From the NCBI GenBank assembly GCA_002269645.1, contig NIVC01002841.1, positions 1 to 33,059 on the forward strand: a stretch of DNA of 33,059 bases, written 5' to 3'. Below, one piece after another: positions 29,301 through 31,966 of the stretch. Under the pieces are notes generated by a model that was given only the letters and a program-made list of their open reading frames with translations, had not been told where the DNA came from and made no database searches. Position 1 is the first letter of the stretch. The number at the start of each line of letters is the position of its first letter. Position numbers and translations under genes: made by a program. Origin of the DNA: Macrostomum lignano. Lineage: Eukaryota.

Positions 29301-30623
29301 TTGCTTCTTGTAAGAATCCAACGCACCGTCGAGGCGTTCCATCGATCCGGGTGTTGCACCACTCGACAGCAGAGCCCGTGCCATTCCGACAGATGTCAGC
29401 ACCGACTCGTCATACAGTCCAGACGCCTTCAACTTGTTCAGCCTCGAGATCATCAGCTCCGTCACAGCCGCGCTGGTCGGTGCTGCTTCCTCTGGCGGCT
29501 GCTTTGACTCGACACGCTTTCCAACCTCGTCCGTGGAAACCTGTGGCTTCTCGACCTCAGCTGCAGGAGCTTCTGACTTTGGAGTCTCGTCCGGTTGTAC
29601 GCCATCTTCCTTGTCAACGACAGCCGCGGCCAGAAGAGCGTCTCTATCTGACGCTTGCTTCTTGTAAGAATCCAACGCACCGTCGAGGCGTTCCATCGAT
29701 CCGGGTGTTGCACCACTCGACAGCAGAGCCCGTGCCATTCCGACAGATGTCAGCACCGACTCGTCATACAGTCCAGACGCCTTCAACTTGTTCAGCCTCG
29801 AGATCATCAGCTCCGTCACAGCCGCGCTGGTCGGTGCTGCTTCCTCTGGCGGCTGCTTTGACTCGACACGCTTTCCAACCTCGTCCGTGGTAACCTGTGG
29901 CTTCTCGACCTCAGCTGCAGGAGCTTCTGACTTTGGAGTCTCGTCCGGTTGTACGCCATCTTCCTTGTCAACGACAGCCGCGGCCAGAAGAGCGTCTCTA
30001 TCTGACGCTTGCTTCTTGTAAGAATCCAACGCACCGTCGAGGCGTTCCATCGATCCGGGTGTTGCACCACTCGACAGCAGAGCCCGTGCCATTCCGACAG
30101 ATGTCAGCACCGACTCGTCATACAGTCCAGACGCCTTCAACTTGTTCAGCCTCGAGATCATCAGCTCCGTCACAGCCGCGCTGGTCGGTGCTGCTTCCTC
30201 TGGCGGCTGCTTTGACTCGACACGCTTTCCAACCTCGTCCGTGGTAACCTGTGGCTTCTCGACCTCAGCTGCAGGAGCTTCTGACTTTGGAGTCTCGTCC
30301 GGTTGTACGCCATCTTCCTTGTCAACGACAGCCGCGGCCAGAAGAGCGTCTCTATCTGACGCTTGCTTCTTGTAAGAATCCAACGCACCGTCGAGGCGTT
30401 CCATCGATCCGGGTGTTGCACCACTCGACAGCAGAGCCCGTGCCATTCCGACAGATGTCAGCACCGACTCGTCATACAGTCCAGACGCCTTCAACTTGTT
30501 CAGCCTCGAGATCATCAGCTCCGTCACAGCCGCGCTGGTCGGTGCTGCTTCTCTGGCGGCTGCTTTAAAGCTTTTTCGGAAGATTTTCTTTCCATTGCTT
30601 TTTAGCTTTTTAATGCAAAGCAA
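585..30623 (-). CDS. Giant tandem-repeat protein, family unknown (10,012 aa as assembled; probable true extent from before position 1 to 30595, at least ~10,190 aa)
   Basis: This is the only frame that stays open through array A, the 370-codon unique segment (roughly 40% GC, so chance openness is very unlikely) and array B. The two repeat units align at protein level in this frame. The listed start at 30623 is TTG, not ATG. The listed stop at 585-587 follows directly from a 1-bp deletion at 602, so both ends are probably artefacts. Confidence 0.85.
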   Translation of the reverse strand: MLCIKKLKSNGKKIFRKSFKAAAREAAPTSAAVTELMISRLNKLKASGLYDESVLTSVGMARALLSSGATPGSMERLDGALDSYKKQASDRDALLAAAVVDKEDGVQPDETPKSEAPAAEVEKPQVTTDEVGKRVESKQPPEEAAPTSAAVTELMISRLNKLKASGLYDESVLTSVGMARALLSSGATPGSMERLDGALDSYKKQASDRDALLAAAVVDKEDGVQPDETPKSEAPAAEVEKPQVTTDEVGKRVESKQPPEEAAPTSAAVTELMISRLNKLKASGLYDESVLTSVGMARALLSSGATPGSMERLDGALDSYKKQASDRDALLAAAVVDKEDGVQPDETPKSEAPAAEVEKPQVSTDEVGKRVESKQPPEEAAPTSAAVTELMISRLNKLKASGLYDESVLTSVGMARALLSSGATPGSMERLDGALDSYKKQASDRDALLAAAVVDKEDGVQPDETPKSEAPAAEVEKPQVTTDEVGKRVESKQPPEEAAPTSAAVTELMISRLNKLKASGLYDESVLTSVGMARALLSSGATPGSMERLDGALDSYKKQASDRDALLAAAVVDKEDGVQPDETPKSEAPAAEVEKPQVTTDEVGKRVESKQPPEEAAPTSAAVTELMISRLNKLKASGLYDESVLTSVGMARALLSSGATPGSMERLDGALDSYKKQASDRDALLAAAVVDKEDGVQPDETPKSEAPAAEVEKPQVSTDEVGKRVESKQPPEEAAPTSAAVTELMISRLNKLKASGLYDESVLTSVGMARALLSSGATPGSMERLDGALDSYKKQASDRDALLAAAVVDKEDGVQPDETPKSEAPAAEVEKPQVSTDEVGKRVESKQPPEEAAPTSAAVTELMISRLNKLKASGLYDESVLTSVGMARALLSSGATPGSMERLDGALDSYKKQASDRDALLAAAVVDKEDGVQPDETPKSEAPAAEVEKPQVSTDEVGKRVESKQPPEEAAPTSAAVTELMISRLNKLKASGLYDESVLTSVGMARALLSSGATPGSMERLDGALDSYKKQASDRDALLAAAVVDKEDGVQPDETPKSEAPAAEVEKPQVSTDEVGKRVESKQPPEEAAPTSAAVTELMISRLNKLKASGLYDESVLTSVGMARALLSSGATPGSMERLDGALDSYKKQASDRDALLAAAVVDKEDGVQPDETPKSEAPAAEVEKPQVSTDEVGKRVESKQPPEEAAPTSAAVTELMISRLNKLKASGLYDESVLTSVGMARALLSSGATPGSMERLDGALDSYKKQASDRDALLAAAVVDKEDGVQPDETPKSEAPAAEVEKPQVSTDEVGKRVESKQPPEEAAPTSAAVTELMISRLNKLKASGLYDESVLTSVGMARALLSSGATPGSMERLDGALDSYKKQASDRDALLAAAVVDKEDGVQPDETPKSEAPAAEVEKPQVSTDEVGKRVESKQPPEEAAPTSAAVTELMISRLNKLKASGLYDESVLTSVGMARALLSSGATPGSMERLDGALDSYKKQASDRDALLAAAVVDKEDGVQPDETPKSEAPAAEVEKPQVSTDEVGKRVESKQPPEEAAPTSAAVTELMISRLNKLKASGLYDESVLTSVGMARALLSSGATPGSMERLDGALDSYKKQASDRDALLAAAVVDKEDGVQPDETPKSEAPAAEVEKPQVSTDEVGKRVESKQPPEEAAPTSAAVTELMISRLNKLKASGLYDESVLTSVGMARALLSSGATPGSMERLDGALDSYKKQASDRDALLAAAVVDKEDGVQPDETPKSEAPAAEVEKPQVSTDEVGKRVESKQPPEEAAPTSAAVTELMISRLNKLKASGLYDESVLTSVGMARALLSSGATPGSMERLDGALDSYKKQASDRDALLAAAVVDKEDGVQPDETPKSEAPAAEVEKPQVSTDEVGKRVESKQPPEEAAPTSAAVTELMISRLNKLKASGLYDESVLTSVGMARALLSSGATPGSMERLDGALDSYKKQASDRDALLAAAVVDKEDGVQPDETPKSEAPAAEVEKPQVSTDEVGKRVESKQPPEEAAPTSAAVTELMISRLNKLKASGLYDESVLTSVGMARALLSSGATPGSMERLDGALDSYKKQASDRDALLAAAVVDKEDGVQPDETPKSEAPAAEVEKPQVSTDEVGKRVESKQPPEEAAPTSAAVTELMISRLNKLKASGLYDESVLTSVGMARALLSSGATPGSMERLDGALDSYKKQASDRDALLAAAVVDKEDGVQPDETPKSEAPAAEVEKPQVSTDEVGKRVESKQPPEEAAPTSAAVTELMISRLNKLKASGLYDESVLTSVGMARALLSSGATPGSMERLDGALDSYKKQASDRDALLAAAVVDKEDGVQPDETPKSEAPAAEVEKPQVSTDEVGKRVESKQPPEEAAPTSAAVTELMISRLNKLKASGLYDESVLTSVGMARALLSSGATPGSMERLDGALDSYKKQASDRDALLAAAVVDKEDGVQPDETPKSEAPAAEVEKPQVSTDEVGKRVESKQPPEEAAPTSAAVTELMISRLNKLKASGLYDESVLTSVGMARALLSSGATPGSMERLDGALDSYKKQASDRDALLAAAVVDKEDGVQPDETPKSEAPAAEVEKPQVSTDEVGKRVESKQPPEEAAPTSAAVTELMISRLNKLKASGLYDESVLTSVGMARALLSSGATPGSMERLDGALDSYKKQASDRDALLAAAVVDKEDGVQPDETPKSEAPAAEVEKPQVSTDEVGKRVESKQPPEEAAPTSAAVTELMISRLNKLKASGLYDESVLTSVGMARALLSSGATPGSMERLDGALDSYKKQASDRDALLAAAVVDKEDGVQPDETPKSEAPAAEVEKPQVSTDEVGKRVESKQPPEEAAPTSAAVTELMISRLNKLKASGLYDESVLTSVGMARALLSSGATPGSMERLDGALDSYKKQASDRDALLAAAVVDKEDGVQPDETPKSEAPAAEVEKPQVSTDEVGKRVESKQPPEEAAPTSAAVTELMISRLNKLKASGLYDESVLTSVGMARALLSSGATPGSMERLDGALDSYKKQASMLTVIGQENKVTEQQRWKDLVDQINFLCSVYPSDSLSPMPLVHGLHKLVDARPMFLQELRPGIRSLASGVQLCHSSFLVKGVLQQLRIARSAELIQFLVSPLRQTMVELMRCKFWSWISERHTAEVAQISYWIEIASNSENQLSSCRNVNLSEFFNSIHRQLEILHSRRSYWHGLQISMVSMNKFLVADFSAELSNCLAMLNKYALLNSDMVRFELSMKTAIGHISEATDYYCEAIQCSLLRIPLKKLRYEFLTESTRSFLYQAPRLLLTEGSTWKKFLSIFLHAEKGLQHQLTKGQSAPVGRQALGRFKRLLHIYTKDFDHTRNYILSTGLWQIQQKTTDSLPKMLPFRNEIADTIEFQYEQKQETKKENAAMNAALFDATIERLARLNRIGLFDASVLTSVEQARAALQHSARPGAMQRLNAELAEYKRRLDEITAAEQAEAAAPEQEEEEPEAEPVVEDAAMNAALFDATIERLARLNRIGLFDASVLTSVEQARAALQHSARPGAMQRLNAELAEYKRRLDEITAAEQAEAAAPEQEEEEPEAEPVVEDAAMNAALFDATIERLARLNRIGLFDASVLTSVEQARAALQHSARPGAMQRLNAELAEYKRRLDEITAAEQAEAAAPEQEEEEPEAEPVVEDAAMNAALFDATIERLARLNRIGLFDASVLTSVEQARAALQHSARPGAMQRLNAELAEYKRRLDEITAAEQAEAAAPEQEEEEPEAEPVVEDAAMNAALFDATIERLARLNRIGLFDASVLTSVEQARAALQHSARPGAMQRLNAELAEYKRRLDEITAAEQAEAAAPEQEEEEPEAEPVVEDAAMNAALFDATIERLARLNRIGLFDASVLTSVEQARAALQHSARPGAMQRLNAELAEYKRRLDEITAAEQAEAAAPEQEEEEPEAEPVVEDAAMNAALFDATIERLARLNRIGLFDASVLTSVEQARAALQHSARPGAMQRLNAELAEYKRRLDEITAAEQAEAAAPEQEEEEPEAEPVVEDAAMNAALFDATIERLARLNRIGLFDASVLTSVEQARAALQHSARPGAMQRLNAELAEYKRRLDEITAAEQAEAAAPEQEEEEPEAEPVVEDAAMNAALFDATIERLARLNRIGLFDASVLTSVEQARAALQHSARPGAMQRLNAELAEYKRRLDEITAAEQAEAAAPEQEEEEPEAEPVVEDAAMNAALFDATIERLARLNRIGLFDASVLTSVEQARAALQHSARPGAMQRLNAELAEYKRRLDEITAAEQAEAAAPEQEEEEPEAEPVVEDAAMNAALFDATIERLARLNRIGLFDASVLTSVEQARAALQHSARPGAMQRLNAELAEYKRRLDEITAAEQAEAAAPEQEEEEPEAEPVVEDAAMNAALFDATIERLARLNRIGLFDASVLTSVEQARAALQHSARPGAMQRLNAELAEYKRRLDEITAAEQAEAAAPEQEEEEPEAEPVVEDAAMNAALFDATIERLARLNRIGLFDASVLTSVEQARAALQHSARPGAMQRLNAELAEYKRRLDEITAAEQAEAAAPEQEEEEPEAEPVVEDAAMNAALFDATIERLARLNRIGLFDASVLTSVEQARAALQHSARPGAMQRLNAELAEYKRRLDEITAAEQAEAAAPEQEEEEPEAEPVVEDAAMNAALFDATIERLARLNRIGLFDASVLTSVEQARAALQHSARPGAMQRLNAELAEYKRRLDEITAAEQAEAAAPEQEEEEPEAEPVVEDAAMNAALFDATIERLARLNRIGLFDASVLTSVEQARAALQHSARPGAMQRLNAELAEYKRRLDEITAAEQAEAAAPEQEEEEPEAEPVVEDAAMNAALFDATIERLARLNRIGLFDASVLTSVEQARAALQHSARPGAMQRLNAELAEYKRRLDEITAAEQAEAAAPEQEEEEPEAEPVVEDAAMNAALFDATIERLARLNRIGLFDASVLTSVEQARAALQHSARPGAMQRLNAELAEYKRRLDEITAAEQAEAAAPEQEEEEPEAEPVVEDAAMNAALFDATIERLARLNRIGLFDASVLTSVEQARAALQHSARPGAMQRLNAELAEYKRRLDEITAAEQAEAAAPEQEEEEPEAEPVVEDAAMNAALFDATIERLARLNRIGLFDASVLTSVEQARAALQHSARPGAMQRLNAELAEYKRRLDEITAAEQAEAAAPEQEEEEPEAEPVVEDAAMNAALFDATIERLARLNRIGLFDASVLTSVEQARAALQHSARPGAMQRLNAELAEYKRRLDEITAAEQAEAAAPEQEEEEPEAEPVVEDAAMNAALFDATIERLARLNRIGLFDASVLTSVEQARAALQHSARPGAMQRLNAELAEYKRRLDEITAAEQAEAAAPEQEEEEPEAEPVVEDAAMNAALFDATIERLARLNRIGLFDASVLTSVEQARAALQHSARPGAMQRLNAELAEYKRRLDEITAAEQAEAAAPEQEEEEPEAEPVVEDAAMNAALFDATIERLARLNRIGLFDASVLTSVEQARAALQHSARPGAMQRLNAELAEYKRRLDEITAAEQAEAAAPEQEEEEPEAEPVVEDAAMNAALFDATIERLARLNRIGLFDASVLTSVEQARAALQHSARPGAMQRLNAELAEYKRRLDEITAAEQAEAAAPEQEEEEPEAEPVVEDAAMNAALFDATIERLARLNRIGLFDASVLTSVEQARAALQHSARPGAMQRLNAELAEYKRRLDEITAAEQAEAAAPEQEEEEPEAEPVVEDAAMNAALFDATIERLARLNRIGLFDASVLTSVEQARAALQHSARPGAMQRLNAELAEYKRRLDEITAAEQAEAAAPEQEEEEPEAEPVVEDAAMNAALFDATIERLARLNRIGLFDASVLTSVEQARAALQHSARPGAMQRLNAELAEYKRRLDEITAAEQAEAAAPEQEEEEPEAEPVVEDAAMNAALFDATIERLARLNRIGLFDASVLTSVEQARAALQHSARPGAMQRLNAELAEYKRRLDEITAAEQAEAAAPEQEEEEPEAEPVVEDAAMNAALFDATIERLARLNRIGLFDASVLTSVEQARAALQHSARPGAMQRLNAELAEYKRRLDEITAAEQAEAAAPEQEEEEPEAEPVVEDAAMNAALFDATIERLARLNRIGLFDASVLTSVEQARAALQHSARPGAMQRLNAELAEYKRRLDEITAAEQAEAAAPEQEEEEPEAEPVVEDAAMNAALFDATIERLARLNRIGLFDASVLTSVEQARAALQHSARPGAMQRLNAELAEYKRRLDEITAAEQAEAAAPEQEEEEPEAEPVVEDAAMNAALFDATIERLARLNRIGLFDASVLTSVEQARAALQHSARPGAMQRLNAELAEYKRRLDEITAAEQAEAAAPEQEEEEPEAEPVVEDAAMNAALFDATIERLARLNRIGLFDASVLTSVEQARAALQHSARPGAMQRLNAELAEYKRRLDEITAAEQAEAAAPEQEEEEPEAEPVVEDAAMNAALFDATIERLARLNRIGLFDASVLTSVEQARAALQHSARPGAMQRLNAELAEYKRRLDEITAAEQAEAAAPEQEEEEPEAEPVVEDAAMNAALFDATIERLARLNRIGLFDASVLTSVEQARAALQHSARPGAMQRLNAELAEYKRRLDEITAAEQAEAAAPEQEEEEPEAEPVVEDAAMNAALFDATIERLARLNRIGLFDASVLTSVEQARAALQHSARPGAMQRLNAELAEYKRRLDEITAAEQAEAAAPEQEEEEPEAEPVVEDAAMNAALFDATIERLARLNRIGLFDASVLTSVEQARAALQHSARPGAMQRLNAELAEYKRRLDEITAAEQAEAAAPEQEEEEPEAEPVVEDAAMNAALFDATIERLARLNRIGLFDASVLTSVEQARAALQHSARPGAMQRLNAELAEYKRRLDEITAAEQAEAAAPEQEEEEPEAEPVVEDAAMNAALFDATIERLARLNRIGLFDASVLTSVEQARAALQHSARPGAMQRLNAELAEYKRRLDEITAAEQAEAAAPEQEEEEPEAEPVVEDAAMNAALFDATIERLARLNRIGLFDASVLTSVEQARAALQHSARPGAMQRLNAELAEYKRRLDEITAAEQAEAAAPEQEEEEPEAEPVVEDAAMNAALFDATIERLARLNRIGLFDASVLTSVEQARAALQHSARPGAMQRLNAELAEYKRRLDEITAAEQAEAAAPEQEEEEPEAEPVVEDAAMNAALFDATIERLARLNRIGLFDASVLTSVEQARAALQHSARPGAMQRLNAELAEYKRRLDEITAAEQAEAAAPEQEEEEPEAEPVVEDAAMNAALFDATIERLARLNRIGLFDASVLTSVEQARAALQHSARPGAMQRLNAELAEYKRRLDEITAAEQAEAAAPEQEEEEPEAEPVVEDAAMNAALFDATIERLARLNRIGLFDASVLTSVEQARAALQHSARPGAMQRLNAELAEYKRRLDEITAAEQAEAAAPEQEEEEPEAEPVVEDAAMNAALFDATIERLARLNRIGLFDASVLTSVEQARAALQHSARPGAMQRLNAELAEYKRRLDEITAAEQAEAAAPEQEEEEPEAEPVVEDAAMNAALFDATIERLARLNRIGLFDASVLTSVEQARAALQHSARPGAMQRLNAELAEYKRRLDEITAAEQAEAAAPEQEEEEPEAEPVVEDAAMNAALFDATIERLARLNRIGLFDASVLTSVEQARAALQHSARPGAMQRLNAELAEYKRRLDEITAAEQAEAAAPEQEEEEPEAEPVVEDAAMNAALFDATIERLARLNRIGLFDASVLTSVEQARAALQHSARPGAMQRLNAELAEYKRRLDEITAAEQAEAAAPEQEEEEPEAEPVVEDAAMNAALFDATIERLARLNRIGLFDASVLTSVEQARAALQHSARPGAMQRLNAELAEYKRRLDEITAAEQAEAAAPEQEEEEPEAEPVVEDAAMNAALFDATIERLARLNRIGLFDASVLTSVEQARAALQHSARPGAMQRLNAELAEYKRRLDEITAAEQAEAAAPEQEEEEPEAEPVVEDAAMNAALFDATIERLARLNRIGLFDASVLTSVEQARAALQHSARPGAMQRLNAELAEYKRRLDEITAAEQAEAAAPEQEEEEPEAEPVVEDAAMNAALFDATIERLARLNRIGLFDASVLTSVEQARAALQHSARPGAMQRLNAELAEYKRRLDEITAAEQAEAAAPEQEEEEPEAEPVVEDAAMNAALFDATIERLARLNRIGLFDASVLTSVEQARAALQHSARPGAMQRLNAELAEYKRRLDEITAAEQAEAAAPEQEEEEPEAEPVVEDAAMNAALFDATIERLARLNRIGLFDASVLTSVEQARAALQHSARPGAMQRLNAELAEYKRRLDEITAAEQAEAAAPEQEEEEPEAEPVVEDAAMNAALFDATIERLARLNRIGLFDASVLTSVEQARAALQHSARPGAMQRLNAELAEYKRRLDEITAAEQAEAAAPEQEEEEPEAEPVVEDAAMNAALFDATIERLARLNRIGLFDASVLTSVEQARAALQHSARPGAMQRLNAELAEYKRRLDEITAAEQAEAAAPEQEEEEPEAEPVVEDAAMNAALFDATIERLARLNRIGLFDASVLTSVEQARAALQHSARPGAMQRLNAELAEYKRRLDEITAAEQAEAAAPEQEEEEPEAEPVVEDAAMNAALFDATIERLARLNRIGLFDASVLTSVEQARAALQHSARPGAMQRLNAELAEYKRRLDEITAAEQAEAAAPEQEEEEPEAEPVVEDAAMNAALFDATIERLARLNRIGLFDASVLTSVEQARAALQHSARPGAMQRLNAELAEYKRRLDEITAAEQAEAAAPEQEEEEPEAEPVVEDAAMNAALFDATIERLARLNRIGLFDASVLTSVEQARAALQHSARPGAMQRLNAELAEYKRRLDEITAAEQAEAAAPEQEEEEPEAEPVVEDAAMNAALFDATIERLARLNRIGLFDASVLTSVEQARAALQHSARPGAMQRLNAELAEYKRRLDEITAAEQAEAAAPEQEEEEPEAEPVVEDAAMNAALFDATIERLARLNRIGLFDASVLTSVEQARAALQHSARPGAMQRLNAELAEYKRRLDEITAAEQAEAAAPEQEEEEPEAEPVVEDAAMNAALFDATIERLARLNRIGLFDASVLTSVEQARAALQHSARPGAMQRLNAELAEYKRRLDEITAAEQAEAAAPEQEEEEPEAEPVVEDAAMNAALFDATIERLARLNRIGLFDASVLTSVEQARAALQHSARPGAMQRLNAELAEYKRRLDEITAAEQAEAAAPEQEEEEPEAEPVVEDAAMNAALFDATIERLARLNRIGLFDASVLTSVEQARAALQHSARPGAMQRLNAELAEYKRRLDEITAAEQAEAAAPEQEEEEPEAEPVVEDAAMNAALFDATIERLARLNRIGLFDASVLTSVEQARAALQHSARPGAMQRLNAELAEYKRRLDEITAAEQAEAAAPEQEEEEPEAEPVVEDAAMNAALFDATIERLARLNRIGLFDASVLTSVEQARAALQHSARPGAMQRLNAELAEYKRRLDEITAAEQAEAAAPEQEEEEPEAEPVVEDAAMNAALFDATIERLARLNRIGLFDASVLTSVEQARAALQHSARPGAMQRLNAELAEYKRRLDEITAAEQAEAAAPEQEEEEPEAEPVVEDAAMNAALFDATIERLARLNRIGLFDASVLTSVEQARAALQHSARPGAMQRLNAELAEYKRRLDEITAAEQAEAAAPEQEEEEPEAEPVVEDAAMNAALFDATIERLARLNRIGLFDASVLTSVEQARAALQHSARPGAMQRLNAELAEYKRRLDEITAAEQAEAAAPEQEEEEPEAEPVVEDAAMNAALFDATIERLARLNRIGLFDASVLTSVEQARAALQHSARPGAMQRLNAELAEYKRRLDEITAAEQAEAAAPEQEEEEPEAEPVVEDAAMNAALFDATIERLARLNRIGLFDASVLTSVEQARAALQHSARPERCSD
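20396..21506 (-). other. Unique in-frame ~370-aa segment between the arrays (Leu/Ser/Phe-rich, probably a folded helical domain)
   Basis: It runs MLTVIGQENK...EQKQETKKEN with no stops, no repeats and roughly 40% GC in the lines I sampled. It holds the only Cys and Trp residues of the frame-corrected protein. I recognise no motif. Confidence 0.75.
21507..30566 (-). repeat. Array A: about 25.6 tandem copies of a 354-bp (118-aa) unit, EAAPTSAAVTELMISRLNKLKASGLYDESVLTSVGMARALLSSGATPGSMERLDGALDSYKKQASDRDALLAAAVVDKEDGVQPDETPKSEAPAAEVEKPQV(S/T)TDEVGKRVESKQPPE
   Basis: The period is exactly 354 nt (ORF starts 21513, 21867 ... 30363). It begins at tgacgcttgc (21507) and ends at ctgcttt (30566). The unit is about 58% GC (205/354). 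One A/T polymorphic site is visible among copies. Confidence 0.99.
30593..30612 (-). promoter_or_regulatory. Probable true start codon (ATG at 30595-30593) with Kozak-like context and an upstream TAAAAAGC doublet
   Basis: The minus strand reads TAAAAAGC TAAAAAGC A ATG G, with a purine at -3 and G at +4. An in-frame TAA lies 3 codons upstream. The ATG is in frame with the repeat-consensus reading KQPPEE once the missing C at 30551 is restored. There is no SD-like AGGAGG. Confidence 0.55.
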
Positions 30624-31960
30624 CGGTATTATAAAATCCGTATAGTTTGGTTACTTCAAGGAACATGTTTTAGACTTGTTATTTTGTGGCGTTGAAGTTA
30701 AATAACGTAATTTTTGGCCATAAAAATTAACGATGAATGTTGATTAGGAAAGGCTTTTATTAAATTATGGCTCAGAGATCAAGCGCGACTTTTAGCGGTT
30801 GCGGCCTACATGTAACCATAGACACTACTATATATGTAGGAGATTGCGTGTTTTTCAAACATTCTATGCCTTGAGTCTTAGGAAGTGTTGTGTAGGGACC
30901 ACACAGCATGACGTGGTTGACTACAGAGAATTGAGCTAACACAGAGCGCCATATTTGTATTTTAAGCCGAAGCCAAAATCCCAATTCCTCAGTCTCCTAC
31001 TTTTCGACCATCGGCAAGAAGTCAAAAGATAGGAGTATATAGGGTATACAAAGCATTCATGCAATCTATTTCTTAATATGGAAGTATCAAAAATTTAATG
31101 GGCTGAAGAAACTGCAGATGTCCGTTCATTTATTCAATGTGTAGTGAGGCATCTGTCGTATTTGAAAATATCGTAAAAAGAACCGACTCGACATCTAACA
31201 ATCGGCTTAAAGTTTGGGAAATTATGCTACAAATACTCGCAGACACAGGTAATAAATTAGTAAGTCGTTGAATTGCAAATATTTGTTTCTAGCCAGACCG
31301 ACGGAGGAACTCTTCGACTGCGACTGGCTGTGTGTTGAGACCGTCTCATTGAACAAATTCAGCCGCTGAAGCTATGCTGGAGCATTGGAAACCAGGCACT
31401 AAGCTGTATATAATGGAGAGGGCAAAGCCACAACGTACCTGTCAATTATTCAATATGTCAGGCTGTGACTTTATAAACGCATCTTTTTCGTCATTCAAGA
31501 CCCATTCTTTAGCCGCAGAATGCCGAATTGTCCTATGCTGCCAGCTACGAGTATTCGCTCGATATGCGCAAATAGACTACTAACGATGAGAAGCCTGTAA
31601 GTAGTTATACTAAATAAATAAACGCTAGAAAAGTACAAGAAAGTGTTTCGAAAGTTTAGACACATGCTAAACGTTTGTTCTCTTAATTGGTTCGCACTAA
31701 ATGAACAGGAAAAAACTAGAGATAAGTATGTAAAATAGGAATAATAATTATTAGTTGGCCGAGAACAAGCATCTTTGAGGCGGAGATAACGGTTTCGCTA
31801 AAACATAGTCAAATTTTGAATTAATTGTGACGTTCGACACAAAGAAGCTTTTATATAAATGCGAGGCATTTAAAACATTTTTCGTTCAACAAAAACAGAG
31901 TTCAAGATTTTTAGGTAGATGGATTTAGCAGGTTTAGGCTCTGTTTAGGAGGCTCAAGAT
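30596..31960. other. AT-rich non-coding upstream/intergenic region
   Basis: It has many A/T tracts, only two ~70-aa ORFs with no recognisable character, and no repeats or RNA-gene signatures that I could see. Confidence 0.6.
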
Positions 31961-31966
31961 TGAGGT

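Noticed and set aside
21506-30247. 2,441-aa plus-strand ORF and its 116-234-aa continuations
   Set aside because: Antisense shadow of array A. The A/T SNP creates TAA stops in this frame while it is a conservative Ser/Thr change on the minus strand.
1-30566. CRISPR array, integron cassette array or transposon tandem
   Set aside because: There are no variable spacers, attC-like sites, terminal inverted repeats or transposase/integrase motifs. The units are head-to-tail, in-frame multiples of 3.
70-30605. Roughly 150 identical 65-90-aa ORFs at 273- or 354-bp intervals
   Set aside because: Alternative-frame translations of the repeat units. They are not tandem small genes, having no intergenic space or independent signals.
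30628-30659. TATAAT on the minus strand 33 nt upstream of the ATG, with TTGAAG further up
   Set aside because: The 20-bp spacing is too long for a sigma70 promoter, and the hexamer is expected by chance in AT-rich DNA. It could be a TATA-like element but is unsupported.
31336-31348. Inverted repeat TGAGAC-C-GTCTCA
   Set aside because: Only a 6-bp stem with a 1-nt loop and no U-tract or partner site. It is likely chance.
30772-31583. ORFs 30772-30984 (-) and 31374-31583 (+)
   Set aside because: About 70 aa each, with no recognisable motif. That length is expected by chance.
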